Positions 13,266 through 26,917 of a stretch of 64,000 nucleotides of DNA are shown here, piece after piece. The notes under the pieces are model-generated. The model had not been told where the DNA came from. It saw only the letters and a list, made by a program, of their open reading frames with translations, and searched no databases. The translations under genes and the position numbers were made by a program. Position 1 is the stretch's first letter, and each line of letters begins with the position of its first letter. The stretch is from the human T2T-CHM13v2.0 reference genome, Homo sapiens. The stretch lies in NCBI RefSeq assembly GCF_009914755.1, contig NC_060927.1. One strand, written 5' to 3'.

Positions 13266-14904
13266 CTCAGTGTTCCAGGCCACCTTCTGGAAAATGAGTC
13301 CTCTCTTTGACATTTTCTCTGCTTAGGTCACAAAGTAGCTTTCATAATATGTCCCCTACAGTCTATTCATCACAGTGTTAACAATCAAGTCAACATTTAC
13401 CTTTTTAAAAAAAGTTGTTGAAGAGCCACCAGGGCAGAAAAACATGCTGTTTCTGCCCCCAGCCACCTTATCCCCAACCCGTGTGGCTTCTAATATGTCT
13501 ATCTGAATTTCAGTGAAGTTTTATTTTGAACTCTTTAATTACAGAAAGATACAGGAAGTTTATTCACTAACACAAATATATTCTACAAACACATACCATT
13601 TTTCCCCATAAAGTTTTTCTATAGAGATTTGCTGTTGCTTTAGAAATCACACACATATATGTCACAACCACCATCCCTGGCCACAGAAGACCTGAGCACT
13701 ATCAGCCAGAAGCCTCAGAGCTTTCTCTGTGGCAAATGTTGTTGCCCTCTTACCCACAGTTCCTCTGGCTAGAAGCAGAGCTTATGAAATGTCTGCCACT
13801 TCACACAGATGCCTTCAAAGCTTCCCTTAGTAGCCCACCGTGTGAGTAGGTCTCATCAGAGGGAATAAGCTAAATGTTACTCCCTGCAGCTTGTGTCCTG
13901 AAAGAACCTATTCCTTGAGTTGTGTCATTCACCAAGCCCTGAATAAACAGTATAAAAGACATGAGGACAGCACAGTGAGGCAGAGATAGACCAGCACTTA
14001 CATACCTGTCATTGCAGGTAATTAAATAAGCTGTTCATTCCAGAAAAAAAACAGCTGGTGGGAAAATGTGTCCAAAGGGCAAAACTATGCCTTCTTAAGC
14101 TATTTCCTTTTAACTTGGGTTTTTCCTTTATGGAGATAAGAAGCTGGAAATGGGATGGAATTTGACGCTGAAGCTAAGCTTCTGGGTTTTTTTTCACAGT
14201 TGGCTTGATAAAAATAGAACATACATATGTGATATATTTGAGTACAACAAAGAATAAAATAAGAGGAAGTGAGACTTAAAAGTGTGTCTGTGCTTTTTAT
14301 TTTTGTAAAGAACTAATATACTAAGTTGAAGGGACCACTTTCATTTAAGAATTTCCTCCAGGGTAAAGAGTACCCTTTTGCTTTGGCACTTTTACTTGCC
14401 ATGGTAATTTTTTTTAACCAGTGCTGACTCTGAACTTTATGCTACTCCTGTAGCTTTATTCTTCACTATGGTTTATTTGTCCTGAGAGAGAATTATTTCT
14501 GAACTCTGCATGGGGGTCAGTATTAAATGCTAATAAGGAAGGGGCTCAAACTCAGCCACATCTTTTGGGGAACACAGAGCCCTCTGGGTAGCTGCAGCCA
14601 CATGGCCAACACTCAGCATCTTTGGGGCCCCTTGCTATGATTGGCAGTGATGTCCAGAAGCCCTCAGATGGAAACACAGATTTCCGAAAGTTGCCATGAT
14701 AACTTATTGACCAAAATGAGTCATAAGAGTTCCTCCTGCTATAATCAGACAACCTGTGGAACCAAATCTAATTGTCAACTCTGGCTTCCAGTACCCCAAA
14801 GGTATTTGAGCCCTGGGCCTAGATCACTTAGCATATCTCTTGTTAACTTACACAAAAACCACGTCTACAGAAAAGGGGTAAAGAAGACAACATTTCTCAC
14901 ACTT

Positions 14905-15605
<701 letters not shown>

Positions 15606-16574
15606 GTCTAGTCGACAAAGGACCCAGCATTGGCTGAAGTAGGGTTTAAGCAAGAAGGAATGTGCATATAGTTATGTATAGGTGTATAACAAGATGTGTA
15701 TCAATATCAACCTTCCTCCTGGAGACTCATCATCTTCTTTCCACTTCAAATACTCCTCTATGTTTTAAAACCATACTAGTTGATGGACATATCACTTTCT
15801 GATTAGAATAGGCTCCCCAAAATGCCGTCTATTCTATCATTTCTAGTTTAGCTTAGAGATATCATTGTGAAGGATTTTATTCCTCAGATATCATTGGCAT
15901 ATCTCAGTTTCATGAGTCTGAGCTTGGGAAAAGAATAATTGTTGGTTACAAGAGCAGATCACAATTGTAGGTCTTGTGAACCATGAGCTGAGACAGAAGT
16001 TCCTCCCTCAAGACTACAGACAATGTGTCCCATGGAAAAACTACCTAATGTTTTTCCTCATTTTGCTTAAACATGGTTGTTGTGTTCAGAAATCAGAGCT
16101 TTATACTGCAACACAAAACCAGCTCCATATATAAGCCATAAGAGCAGCACTGTGCTGTTTTAACCACATTTATAAAAAACAACTGATAATCTACTATCTG
16201 ACTGTGGAGAGGTGGTACCTACTGACAATAAAATATCGTATATGAAATAATGAAAAAAGAAAGTTTTCTGTTATTAGAAACTGTTTCTATATCTTAATGC
16301 TGCTGCCTAGGTGGCTGATGGGGCAATACTTTACAGAGTTATATGTACAACACCTATACTCTAGGGTTTATGTATTTAGACTACAATAATAGGTCTGCAT
16401 TTATCTAACACGTAGTTAACACTGTCTTTATAAAGACACTTTCTGAAGTAAATATAAAGAGTGAGACTTGGGCTGAGATAAACTGAGTTCTTTACTTCAC
16501 TGCTTAACTATCTGGCTTTGAACAAAACAAATTCTCAGACTCTTCATTCCCTTTTCTCTGAGACTGGAATATTT

Positions 16575-17025
16575 CCATATGACTTCTCCTAGAAGCATAT
16601 CCTGATATAAAAATTTTGGTGAAATAGTTTATTTGGAGGACAAATTCAGGAAACACTGATTAGGGAATGGCAAGATGAGACTGAAAAAAGGAAGCTAGAA
16701 AGTGATGTATTATTGAGCAGGTAACCATTGTGAGCAACTGAGGTTCAATCACTCTAAGGAGCTCCAGACGACATTACAGAACATGACTTATGAGTTGCAC
16801 AACCTAACAAAGAAGAAGCTGGATTATTCATCCTCCAAGTCCCATCTGTCCCAATGGCTAAAGGCTGCACCCAGAGATGTTAACCATACATCTGGCCTGT
16901 CCTTATGCAAATATAAAGACAAAACATTAGCAGAGAGTCCCAGGAATTTGCAGTAAAATGTCTTAGGCAGAGCCTGGAACCGTGAGTGTGTATGAGAAGA
17001 GCACAAAAAGCATCTGCTACATGAG
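16575..17025 (-). mobile_element. Old ERVL-class LTR (LTR33/LTR16-like)
   Basis: ctcctagaagcatatcctgata...tagtttatttggagga...caggaaacactg...gagcaggtaaccattgtgagcaactgaggttcaat resembles this family. Confidence 0.5.
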
Positions 17026-17029
17026 GTAT

Positions 17030-17580
17030 GTATGTATCAGGTCCAGTCAAAAGACAGAAACCACACAGTAACTTGAACAGGAAGTGCTTAAAATAAATAA
17101 TTATTATTATGGAACATAGGTTTCTAAGAAAAGATGAAAGAACATCCTGTGGTGGAGAAAGGGTACCCAAGGAAGGAATAAATTTGGAAAGTTTCCAAGG
17201 CTAGGATACAGACTTTCTGAAAAAGGGGTAGACATAGCCCAATAAGAGGTTTGCTGGGTTGCCTGGATAAGAAGTGGTCCATTGTCACTGGACTGAGGCC
17301 AGAGGGAAATGCATGCTGGGCAAACAGCAAATCCACCCAGAGGTTCAAGTGGACCAAGGTTGGTGTGAGAAATGGCTCTGGTGTTCAACACACCACTGGT
17401 CACTCTGTACCACAGGAGCCAATCAAAGAAGCAGGACACAGAACCCACGAAAAAAGCCCTTTCCTCTGCAGTGTCTCTCCAGCACCCTCTACTGACAAAG
17501 AGGAAATATTTACAAGATCCAGTTCAGTATCACAAGCAGTAGTATCACAAGCAGAGCAATGAAGGGTAGATTCTGACCAC
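17030..17580 (-). mobile_element. Old LTR (LTR78/MamGypsy-like)
   Basis: Begins tgtatcaggtccagtcaaaagacagaaaccacac; also ctgcagtgtctctccagcaccctctactgacaaag. Confidence 0.45.
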
Positions 17581-17671
17581 TGACACAAGGAAATACTATT
17601 TACATAAGATCATTCGATATGAAGTAAATGGAATAACGTATTAAAATTACTTTTTAAACAGTAAAGTTCTC

Positions 17672-18120
17672 TGTGTTAATCTGTTTAGTGTTTCTGTGAC
17701 AGAATATCTGAAGCTGGGTAATTTGTAAAGAAAATAAGTCTATCTTGTGATTTTGCAAGTGGGAAAATACAAGAAGCATGGCAGTGGCATTCTCTCAGTT
17801 TCTGGTGGAGGTTTTCCTGCTGCCTCATAACATGGGAGAAGGTCAGAGGGGAAGCAGAGAAGCAAAGATTCATAACCTGAGGGCCGGCACATCCTGGCTT
17901 TATAACAACCCACTCTGCAGGAACTAAGGCATTCCCATGAGAACGAATCCGAATCTCATCTTGCCTGAGTGAGAACTCACCAAACCATTTATGAGGGATC
18001 CACCACTGTGACCCAAACACTTCCCACTAAGCCCCACCTCCAATGCCTCCACACTGGGAACCAACAATTTCAACATCAGTTTTAGGGGGGACAAACTCAA
18101 GCCATATCCAAACCATAGCA
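17672..18120 (-). mobile_element. MST-family MaLR solo LTR
   Basis: tgtgttaatctgttt...ctgggtaatttgtaaagaaaa...ccccacctccaa...atccaaaccatagca. Confidence 0.85.
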
Positions 18121-18132
18121 TTCTTGATATAC

Positions 18133-18213
18133 TTGGTGTGAAAGTAATTGCAGTTTTAAAAGACATTACTTTTAATGTAAAAAAAAAACTCAATTACTTT
18201 TGCACTAACCTAA
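18133..18213. mobile_element. MADE1 (Hsmar1-derived) MITE
   Basis: ttggtgtgaaagtaattgcagtttt...caattacttttgcactaacctaa: palindromic mariner TIRs. Confidence 0.85.
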
Positions 18214-18719
18214 TAGTATTTTTAAAATGAGTGCTTGTATGCAAAAACATCATCAGAATTACTATTTATAATAAAACTATGTTTTTCACTAACATGGTTG
18301 ATTTATTATATTTTTAAAGCTATCTTTAGCATATGGTCTTTTAAACAAGGTTTTCTTCTCTGTAAAAATGTCATAAATTGACTCCCATGTCCATACACAT
18401 TTTTCATGGCCTAAAATTCCTTTAATGGGGATCAAGTCTTTCTTCTACAGTTACTGATAAGTGCAATATATTTATTTTAATCCACAGAATACAAAGGCTC
18501 TAGCATATTTTTATTTCTTTTACAGAAAATTTTGATAGACAATGGAAAAAGTGAGGAAAATGGTCTATGTACAAAATGAAAAAGCTATTACTGGGCAGTT
18601 AGACTGTCCTTGCTTCTCTCCCTCAAAACTCTTCAGGAAACCGCATCTTTTTCTTTCACCCTAGTTAGCACAGAGTCAGATCAGTGCAAAAAAAAAAAAA
18701 AAAAAAAAAAAAAAACATT

Positions 18720-19021
18720 ATGAAGCTGGAAACCCCCATTCTAAGCAAACTATCACAAGGACAGAAAACCAAACACCACATGTTCTCTCTCATAGGTGGG
18801 AGATGAACAACGAGAATACATGGACACGGGGCGGGGAACATCACACACTGGGGCCTGTCTGGGAGTTGGGGGCTGGGGGAGGGATAGCATTAGGAGAAAT
18901 ACCTAATGTAAATGACGAGTTAACGGGTGCAGCAAACGAACATGGCACATGTATACCTATGTAACAAACCTGCGCATTGGGCACATGTACCCTAGAACTT
19001 AAAGTATAATAATAAAAAAAA
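18720..19021 (+). mobile_element. 5'-truncated L1PA (about PA6-PA8) 3' end
   Basis: atgaagctggaaac...ggagaaatacctaatgtaaatgacgag...cctagaacttaaagtataataataaaa. Confidence 0.92.
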
Positions 19022-20139
19022 TTGTTTGGGGAATTACAAAAAAAAAATTGAATTGAAATCCTCTAATTTATCACACTCTTCTTTCTTATTCTCCTCACTA
19101 GTGATATGTCAATTAAAATATCTCCTTGAGAGGTCTTTATCACATACCTATCCAATTAACCTTTCCTCTAAATGAATTAATCTCTTGACCCATCAATGTG
19201 CTTCTGGCTATTAATTTATTGTTTCCTTTCAGTTACCAATGATGTTCATAGTCACTTATAACTCTTAGAAATAGAAAACCAATCTGTCGTCAGGTCTGCC
19301 GATAGGTCAGAACATCCTTTGTTCTCCCTTCTCTTTATTTCGTGAAGTTTTAAAGGCTATCAAAGGGATGTAATAGTACAGCATAAGAGACAGGCACAGA
19401 AACAAAAAGACAAGAGGTAAGCATGGATAGAAACACAATTTCTGTTTTGAGAGTTGTGTACATGTCAAAGTAATTGGCATTTTAAAGGGAACTGTAACAA
19501 AATGGTCAAAGATGGCTAGATAAACATTGGTCAAGTTCATTGTGGAGGTAATGAATGGGATGAATTACATTCGGCCAGGTGATTTCTGAAATGTTTTCTG
19601 GCTTGAGATGCTCCAATCATTGGGGAAAGGAGAGAGGCAAGTCTAAGAAAAACTTTCATGTATGACTTGGACTCTACTCAGATGTAACCAAAATTAAAAC
19701 TCATCGTCCATACGAGCAGAGAAGGTGACTATCTGGTCACAAAAGTGAGAAACCATTTGGATAGTAAATAGTCAAGTAGCTCATGCCCCAACTCTCGAAG
19801 CTAAAACAAACCCAGCATCTAGAACTAACAAAGAGAAAAGTTGAATCCCTATATCCTTCTGATACTAGGACTGATTCCGGATCAGTTACTTCACCTGACT
19901 CTTTCTGGTGTTAAACAGAAGGGCTGTGGAAGAGACAGCAGGCAGATAAAAGGTAAATAGAAATGAAAAGTAGTATACTTGAGAAGTATGCCCACCTCAT
20001 GCACCCAGGATGCCCACAGCTCTGGGAAGATGTGAGCCGAACCATCAGGGTTTGTGGGAATGGGCCTCTATATTGGGGTTCAATGATCTTCCTCCATGGT
20101 CTTCCATATTTTACCTTTTCCTCTTTTCATATCAAAATA

Positions 20140-20850
20140 GGAGGATGTTTATTGACTGTCTACTATATGCCAGGTACTTTAGATATGCGGTCTCATTTAA
20201 TCTTCCCAACAACTCCATAAAATATGCTTTGTTATTGCTCTGTCATGAATGAGAAAGCAGAGGCTGAGAAACTATGCAATTTTCTGCAGCAAATAGGAAG
20301 CACAGTGCCTTTAGATTCCAAAAACCATACTCAGCACAACTCCACGGTGTCACTAGATCTCTCTCAGACTCTCCTGGATGTTTGTAAGTACATAGTCTAC
20401 CCTGCCCTGAACCCAAACTTGGTAAACAAATCTTGAAAAAGCACATACATCTGCAAAGCACCTTAAAATATGAGTGTTTTTATTTGTCTCCTGATACACC
20501 TGTAGTACTATCAGAGCATAAAATATAAAATGAGGCTTATTCTATAGAGGAGGATATTGAGGTAAGATTAAACAAAGAGTCTAAACTGGAAAGACATGAA
20601 AATAGTTGATATTTAATGGGTACTTATAAAGTAACAGGCACTATACTTGAAGCTTTAGATATCAATTCATTTTGTTCTAACAATAATCCTGTCAGGTAGT
20701 TACTGCTATTATATTCATTTCATAGCTGAGGAAACCGAGGATAAAATAAGTTAAATAATATATCCAAACCCATACTCCTAGTAAGTAGCTGAGTTAGAAT
20801 TCCAACCCAATGATATCTGTTTCAGAACTCTTGCTCTTAGCCTTGTACTG
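20140..20850 (-). mobile_element. Two MIR SINEs (about 20140-20350 and 20610-20850)
   Basis: ctactatatgccaggtactt...tcatttaatcttcccaacaac; catttcatagctgaggaaaccgagg. Confidence 0.7.
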
Positions 20851-22264
20851 TATTCTAGTTTTGTGCTTATCTATTGCTCATGTGCCTCTTTAGGTTATAA
20901 GGCTTTCCAAGATGGCCAAAGTCTTTCAATAGATTTCTAATCCCCACACAACAACCAGGACAGAGGCTGATGCAAAATGGCTACTGAGAAAATGTGACTG
21001 ACAGGCCATAAAATCTAGACCTATATGGGGATTAATAAAAAACTTGCCACTGTAAAGCTTCCCATAACACAATAAGCATTTAAACTAAGTAACTAAAATG
21101 GAACTCAAATTAACCACTCCAAAAGGTCTACTTTTGTGCTTCCAGATCTTCCACCAACTACGCAGCAAAGGTAGAATGAAAATCTGTGCAATATCTGTGT
21201 TTCAAACTGGTACCCAGAGACAAGCAGAATCTCTACTTAGCATCTCTTTAACCATTATGAACCCCTTTCCTTAACATAGCCCTCTTTGAAGAAGCTTCTG
21301 AGCATTTGTGTACCTTAGAGTGTGAATCATCTAGCAAATAAATAACCTGAGTACATAGCATTACTATCCTTATTTTAAAAAAAAATGAAGTCAAAGGAAA
21401 TGGCATCTTTTCTTAAGGCTTAAGGTCTCTGAATGCTTAAAGTCAATAGCTCTGACTATTGACTGCTGGTGGTAAATAGAAAAAAAAAAAAAACACACAA
21501 AAGGCTCTATTCCTCTGTCTAAGCCAAAATGGCAAGGCATTCACAGACAAACATTCAAGACAGGCAGACCCCTTTCTCCTCAGTCTCTCATTAAAGCAGG
21601 CACAGGTTAAAGTGACTCTTGTTGTCCCCACTTGAACTATTTCTTGTTTAAACATAAATTTTTTATGGAGGTCCCAGATTCTTAGGTTTGCCACTGAAGC
21701 TTTCTTTTAGAACCAAACCCTTGTTATTTATAAAGCTTGAGACTAAACAGAAAATTTCTCTGCCCTTCTTTGCCACCCCTCCTCCCATTCCTTCCTTGTT
21801 GCCCTCTTCCCTTTCTCTCTTCAATTCATGCCTATACTTGAAATATCAACACAAGGAAGTTGGCTTAAATGTGAGATAAAATATTTCCATCATCTGCTCA
21901 AGAGACTTCTGCCAAATATCAAGGTTGTTGACTCACATGGAGTGTAAATATACTCTAAAAACCATATGTCAGGGGACCTTGGCTTACATTATTCACTTGG
22001 GTCTGCTCAGAAGTAGGCTACTCAGAGAGGGCTATATCAGACACCACCGTAAAAGCAAAGGTATAGTGTGATTGCTTTTTTATTGCTCTGAATCAAATCA
22101 GAAGGGGTGATTCACTTGCTGTGATACATTTATTGAGAAACACACAGCTCAACTTTTCATTTACAGAGAGGATATTTGACAGAATAAAGGGGGCTTCAGA
22201 TTTTTTTCTAAGTAAGCATCTGCATTAGTTTCAATAGTCATGACTCCTCCCTTCACTACAACAG

Positions 22265-23070
22265 TTGTAGATAGCTAAGTGCGAAAAGCAGCTTCTGGCA
22301 TAGCCCCAATGATCCTTACTTCCTGGTGTGCACACTTGTGAAATCCTCTCCCCTTGAGTGTAGGCTGAACCTAATGACTTTCTTCTAACATATAGAATAC
22401 AGCAAATATAATGTGATATCACTTCCATTATTAGGTAACAAAAGACTGTGACTTCTCTCTTGCTGGTATTTTCTCTCTCAGGTTCTTCTCAGTTACTGTG
22501 ATAGAAAGTATCACAAGGCAAAGGACTGAGGACAGCCTCTGGCCAACATCCAGTAAGGAACTGAGGCCTTCATCCCAGTAGATGGAAGAGAATTGAATCT
22601 TATCAACAACCACTGAGTGAGCCTGGGGCTGATCCTTCTCCAGTTGGCCCTTGAGTTCAACCTTGAAGCCACTGACTATATTTTTTTTTAATTTTTAAAG
22701 TTGATACACAAAAGCTATACATATTTGTGGTATACAACATGATGTTTTGAAATATGTACACATTGTAGAATGACTAATTAACATATGTATTATCTCAAAT
22801 ACTTATATTTTATTTGTGGTGAGGATACTTGAAATCTACTCTATTAACAAATTTCAAGATTATAATACATTGTTATTAACTATAGTCACAAACTGTGCAA
22901 TAAAGTCCCTGCTTATATCTTAATGGCAGCCTGTGAAACCCTGACAGAGGATCTAGTCAAGCTGTGCTCAAATTCCAGACCCGCACAATCTGTAAAATAA
23001 TAAATATGTGTTGTTTTATACTGCTAAATTTCAGTATAATTTGTTACACAGCAAGTAGATAGCTAATACA
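22265..23070 (+). mobile_element. MLT1 MaLR LTR split by an antisense L1MA 3' fragment (about 22680-22900)
   Basis: cccaatgatccttacttcctgg...tccccttgagtgtaggctg...ttgttacacagcaagtagatagctaataca; the insert reads catatttgtggtatacaacatgatgttttga...ttgttattaactatagtcac. Confidence 0.8.
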
Positions 23071-24437
23071 ATAAGAATGGCGGGGATATGCCCTTAAATT
23101 GAGCAGAAACCAAAACATCCCTTCTCAGCATAAAAGTAGCACAAAACAAAAAACAAGAAAAAAGGAAAAAAACGTTATGGGCATAGGATTGCTTGGTGAG
23201 CATGACATAGGTAAAAAGGAATACAGCAGCTTAATAGATATGTCATCCAGAGTTGAACAGCTCTTAGTCTAAGAAAAGACTAAAAAGCAATGTTCCCTCT
23301 GATGCACAGGACTGGAAAACTTTTCTGATTTTTTTTTGCCCCTTTCAGCCAGACCATCCTATTACAATATAATTGACTAGGTTTCTATTTCCCATAGTTA
23401 TCTCAGTACCTGCAACCCTTCAACCATGCTGATTGGTTTGCTTGGTTTCCAAGCCTCTTGGCAAATGGTTCCACTGTCCATCTTACACTGATCTCATAGT
23501 TTCCATCTCATTTTTACCCCAGTAACTACAGTATTATTAGCTCCACTTTATTCATAAGGAAGTCTGAGAGAGGTCATATTACATACAAGTGGAAGAACCA
23601 ATAATAGAATCTAGTATCAAAGGATCTTCCCTTGGATCATTCAACTTCTCAATACCATTCCTTCTCAATTCTTTGTAGAAATATAAAATAAATTTCAAGA
23701 CATACATTGAATTGTGTTCATAGCTCCTGTTTCTACCAATTTCTGCACTAACATCTTGTACTTAATACTAATCTCTTATCTTCTTGGGTTTATGGTCCCT
23801 GAACCCTCAGAAATTCCTTCTGATCTTTTACCCTAGCATGTTAAAATCTCAGAATCCAGTACCTGAGAATCTTTCCCAAACATTCTTTCTTGCCTTTTTT
23901 TAAAGCTTAGAAAGGCATGAATTTTGAAGTCTAACATACCTGGGTTCCAATTCTGGTTCTATGATTCAGTATGACACTAGCTGTGGGTCTGCCATATACG
24001 ACTTTTATTATGTGGTATTATGTTTCTTCTATACTCAGTTTTTCAAAGGGTTTTTTTTTTTAATCATGAAGGATGTTGCATTTTATCAAATGCTTTTCAG
24101 CCTCCATTGAAATGATCATAGGATTTTGTCCTCCATTCTGTTGATATGATGTATAACATTGAAATATTCACATATTTTGAAACATCTTTGTGTCCCTGGG
24201 ATAAATCCCATTTGGTCATGATGAATGATCTGTTTAATGTATTGTTTCATGCAGTTTCCTACTATTTTGTTGAGGATTTTTCATGAATATTAATCAAAGA
24301 TGTTGGCCTGTAGTTTCCTTTTGTGATGTGTTTTTGTCCGGTTTTGGTATCAGGGTAATACTGACCTCATAAAATGTGTTCAGAAGTACTCCCTCCTCTA
24401 TTTCTCAGAATAGTTTGAGTAGGATTTGTATTAGATA

Positions 24438-24723
24438 TTTTTATTTATTCATTTTTTTGAGATAGGGTCTTACTCTTTCATCCAAGCTGGAGTGCAGTGG
24501 TACAATCATGGCTCACTGCAATCTCAAACTCCCTGTCTCAAGCAATCTCCCTACCCCAGCCTCCCCAGTAGCTAGGACAACAGGCATGTACCACCAAGCC
24601 TGGCTAATTTTTGTACTTTTTGTAGAGATGGGGTCTTGCCATGTTGCCCAGACTGGTCTCGAACTCCTGGACTCAAGTGATTCTCCTGCTTCAGCTTCCC
24701 AAATTTTGGGGATTACAGGTGAG
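24438..24723 (-). mobile_element. AluJ inserted in the old L1
   Basis: T tail, gagatagggtcttactct...atcatggctcactgc...gagatggggtcttgccatgttgcccag. Confidence 0.9.
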
Positions 24724-26617
24724 TTATTTAAAGGTTTGGTAGAATTCAGCAGTGGGGCAATTGGGTCCCAGGTATTTATTTACTGGGACACTTTACATGA
24801 CAATTTTGATCTTGTTACTTGTTATTGGTCTGTTAAGGTTTTGGATCTCTTCATGGTTTAAACTTGGTAGGTTGTGTCTAGGAATTTATTTCCCCTAGAT
24901 TTTCCAATTTATTGTCATACAGTTGCTCACTTAAGATCCTTTGAATTTCTGTGATATCAGTTGTAATGTCTCTTTATTCATTTTTATCTGAGTCTTCTCC
25001 CTTTTTTTCTTCATCTGTCTGGCTAAAGATTTGTCAATTTTGCTTGTCTTTTCAAAAAAACAGTTTTTGGTTTCATTGATCTTTTGCTTATTTTTCTTCA
25101 TTTCAAATTCATTTATTTACACTCTGATCCTTATTATTTCTTTTTTTCTACTAATTTTGGGTTTAGTTAGCTCTTGCTTTTCTAATTCTTTAAGATGCAT
25201 CATTAAATTGTTTACTTGCTGTTTTTCCTCTTTTTAAACATAGGCGCTTATAGCTATAAACTTCTGAGTACTGTTTTTGCTGCATCCCATAGGTTTTGGT
25301 ATGTTGTGTTTCCATTATCATTTGTTTCAAGAAATTTTTCAATTTCCTTCTTATTTTCTTCAATAACCCGCTAATCATTCAGACATAATGTTTAATTTCT
25401 AGGTGTTTCTATAGTTTCCAAAATTCCTCGTTATTGATTTCTAGTCTTATTCCATTGTGGTCAGAGAAGATGTTTCATATTATTTCAATTTTTTTGAATG
25501 TTTTAAGACTTGTTTTGTGACCTAACATATGGTCTATCCTTGAGAATGATCCTTGTGCTGAGAAAAAATGTGTATTTTGCAGCCACTGGATGAAATGTTC
25601 TGTAAATATTGATTAGGTCCATTTGGTCTATAGTACACATTAAGTCTGATGTTTCTTTGTTGATTTTCTATCTGGGAGATGTATCCAATGTGAAAGTGGA
25701 ATCTTGAAGTCTCCAGCTATTATTGTATTGAGGTCTGTCTCTTTCTTTAGCTTTAATGATATTTCCTTTACATATCTGGGTGCTTCAATGTTGGGTACAC
25801 ATAGATTTACAATCATTATAGCCTCTTGTTAAGCTGACCCCTTTATCATTATAAAATAAATTTCTTTGTCTCTTCTTACAGTTTTTGTCTTACTCCTGCT
25901 CTTTTTTTGTTTCCATTGGCCCATGGAATATCTTTTTTAATACCTTTATTTTCAGTCTATGTGTATCTTTATAGGTAAAGTGTGTTTCTTGTAGGCAACA
26001 GGTCACTGAGTCTTATTTTTTCATCCATTCAGCTACTCTATGTCTTTTGATTAGTGAATTTATTCCATTTAAATTCAATGTTATTATTGATAAGTAGGGA
26101 CTTACTCCTGCCTCTTGCCATTTGTTTTCTGGTTGTTTTGCAGTCTTCTCTCTCTTCTTTCCTTTCTTCCTATCTTCCTTTTAGTGAAAGTGGTTTTCTC
26201 TGCTGGTATGCTTTAATTTCTTGCTTTTTATTGTGTATCCATTGTATGCTTTTTGATTTGAGGCCTTGAAAATACTATCCTATAACCTATTATTTTAAGT
26301 TGATGACACTTAAAACTTATTACATAAACAAACAAATATGCAAAAAGAAAACAAAAACTCTACACTTTCACTTTGTCCCCTTGCTTTTTAACTTTTTGTT
26401 GTTTCTCTTCACATCTTATTTTACTCTCTACGTCTTGAAAAGTTTTTGTAGTTATTATTATATGTTTGATTGGTTCATCATTTAGTCATTCTACTGAAGA
26501 TAAAAGTACTGTATATACCACAATTACAGTGTTATAAAATTTTGTGTTTTTCTGTGTACTTACTATTACGATGGAATTTTGTACCTTCAGATGGTTTCTT
26601 CAGGCTCATTAACAAAC

Positions 26618-26917
26618 TTTTTTTTTCTTTTTTTTGAGACAGAGGCTCACTCTTGTTGCCCAAGCTGGAGTACAATGGCACAATCTTGGCTCACCACAAC
26701 CTCCGCCTCCTGGATTCAAGTGATTCTCCTGCCTCAGCCTCCCAAGTAGCTGGGATTACAAGCATGCACCATCACGCCCGGCTAATTTTGTATTTTTAGT
26801 AGAGTCAGGGTTTCTCCATGTTGGTCAGGCTGGTCTTGAACTCCTGACCTCAGGCAATCTACCTGCCTCGGCCCCCCAAAGTGCTAGGATTACAGGCATG
26901 AGCCACCGTACCTGGCC
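26618..26917 (-). mobile_element. AluS (Sp/Sq-like) inserted in the old L1
   Basis: ctcttgttgcccaagctggagtacaatgg...ctcctgacctcagg; degenerate TSD aaca(aa/tc)ctttt. Confidence 0.92.
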
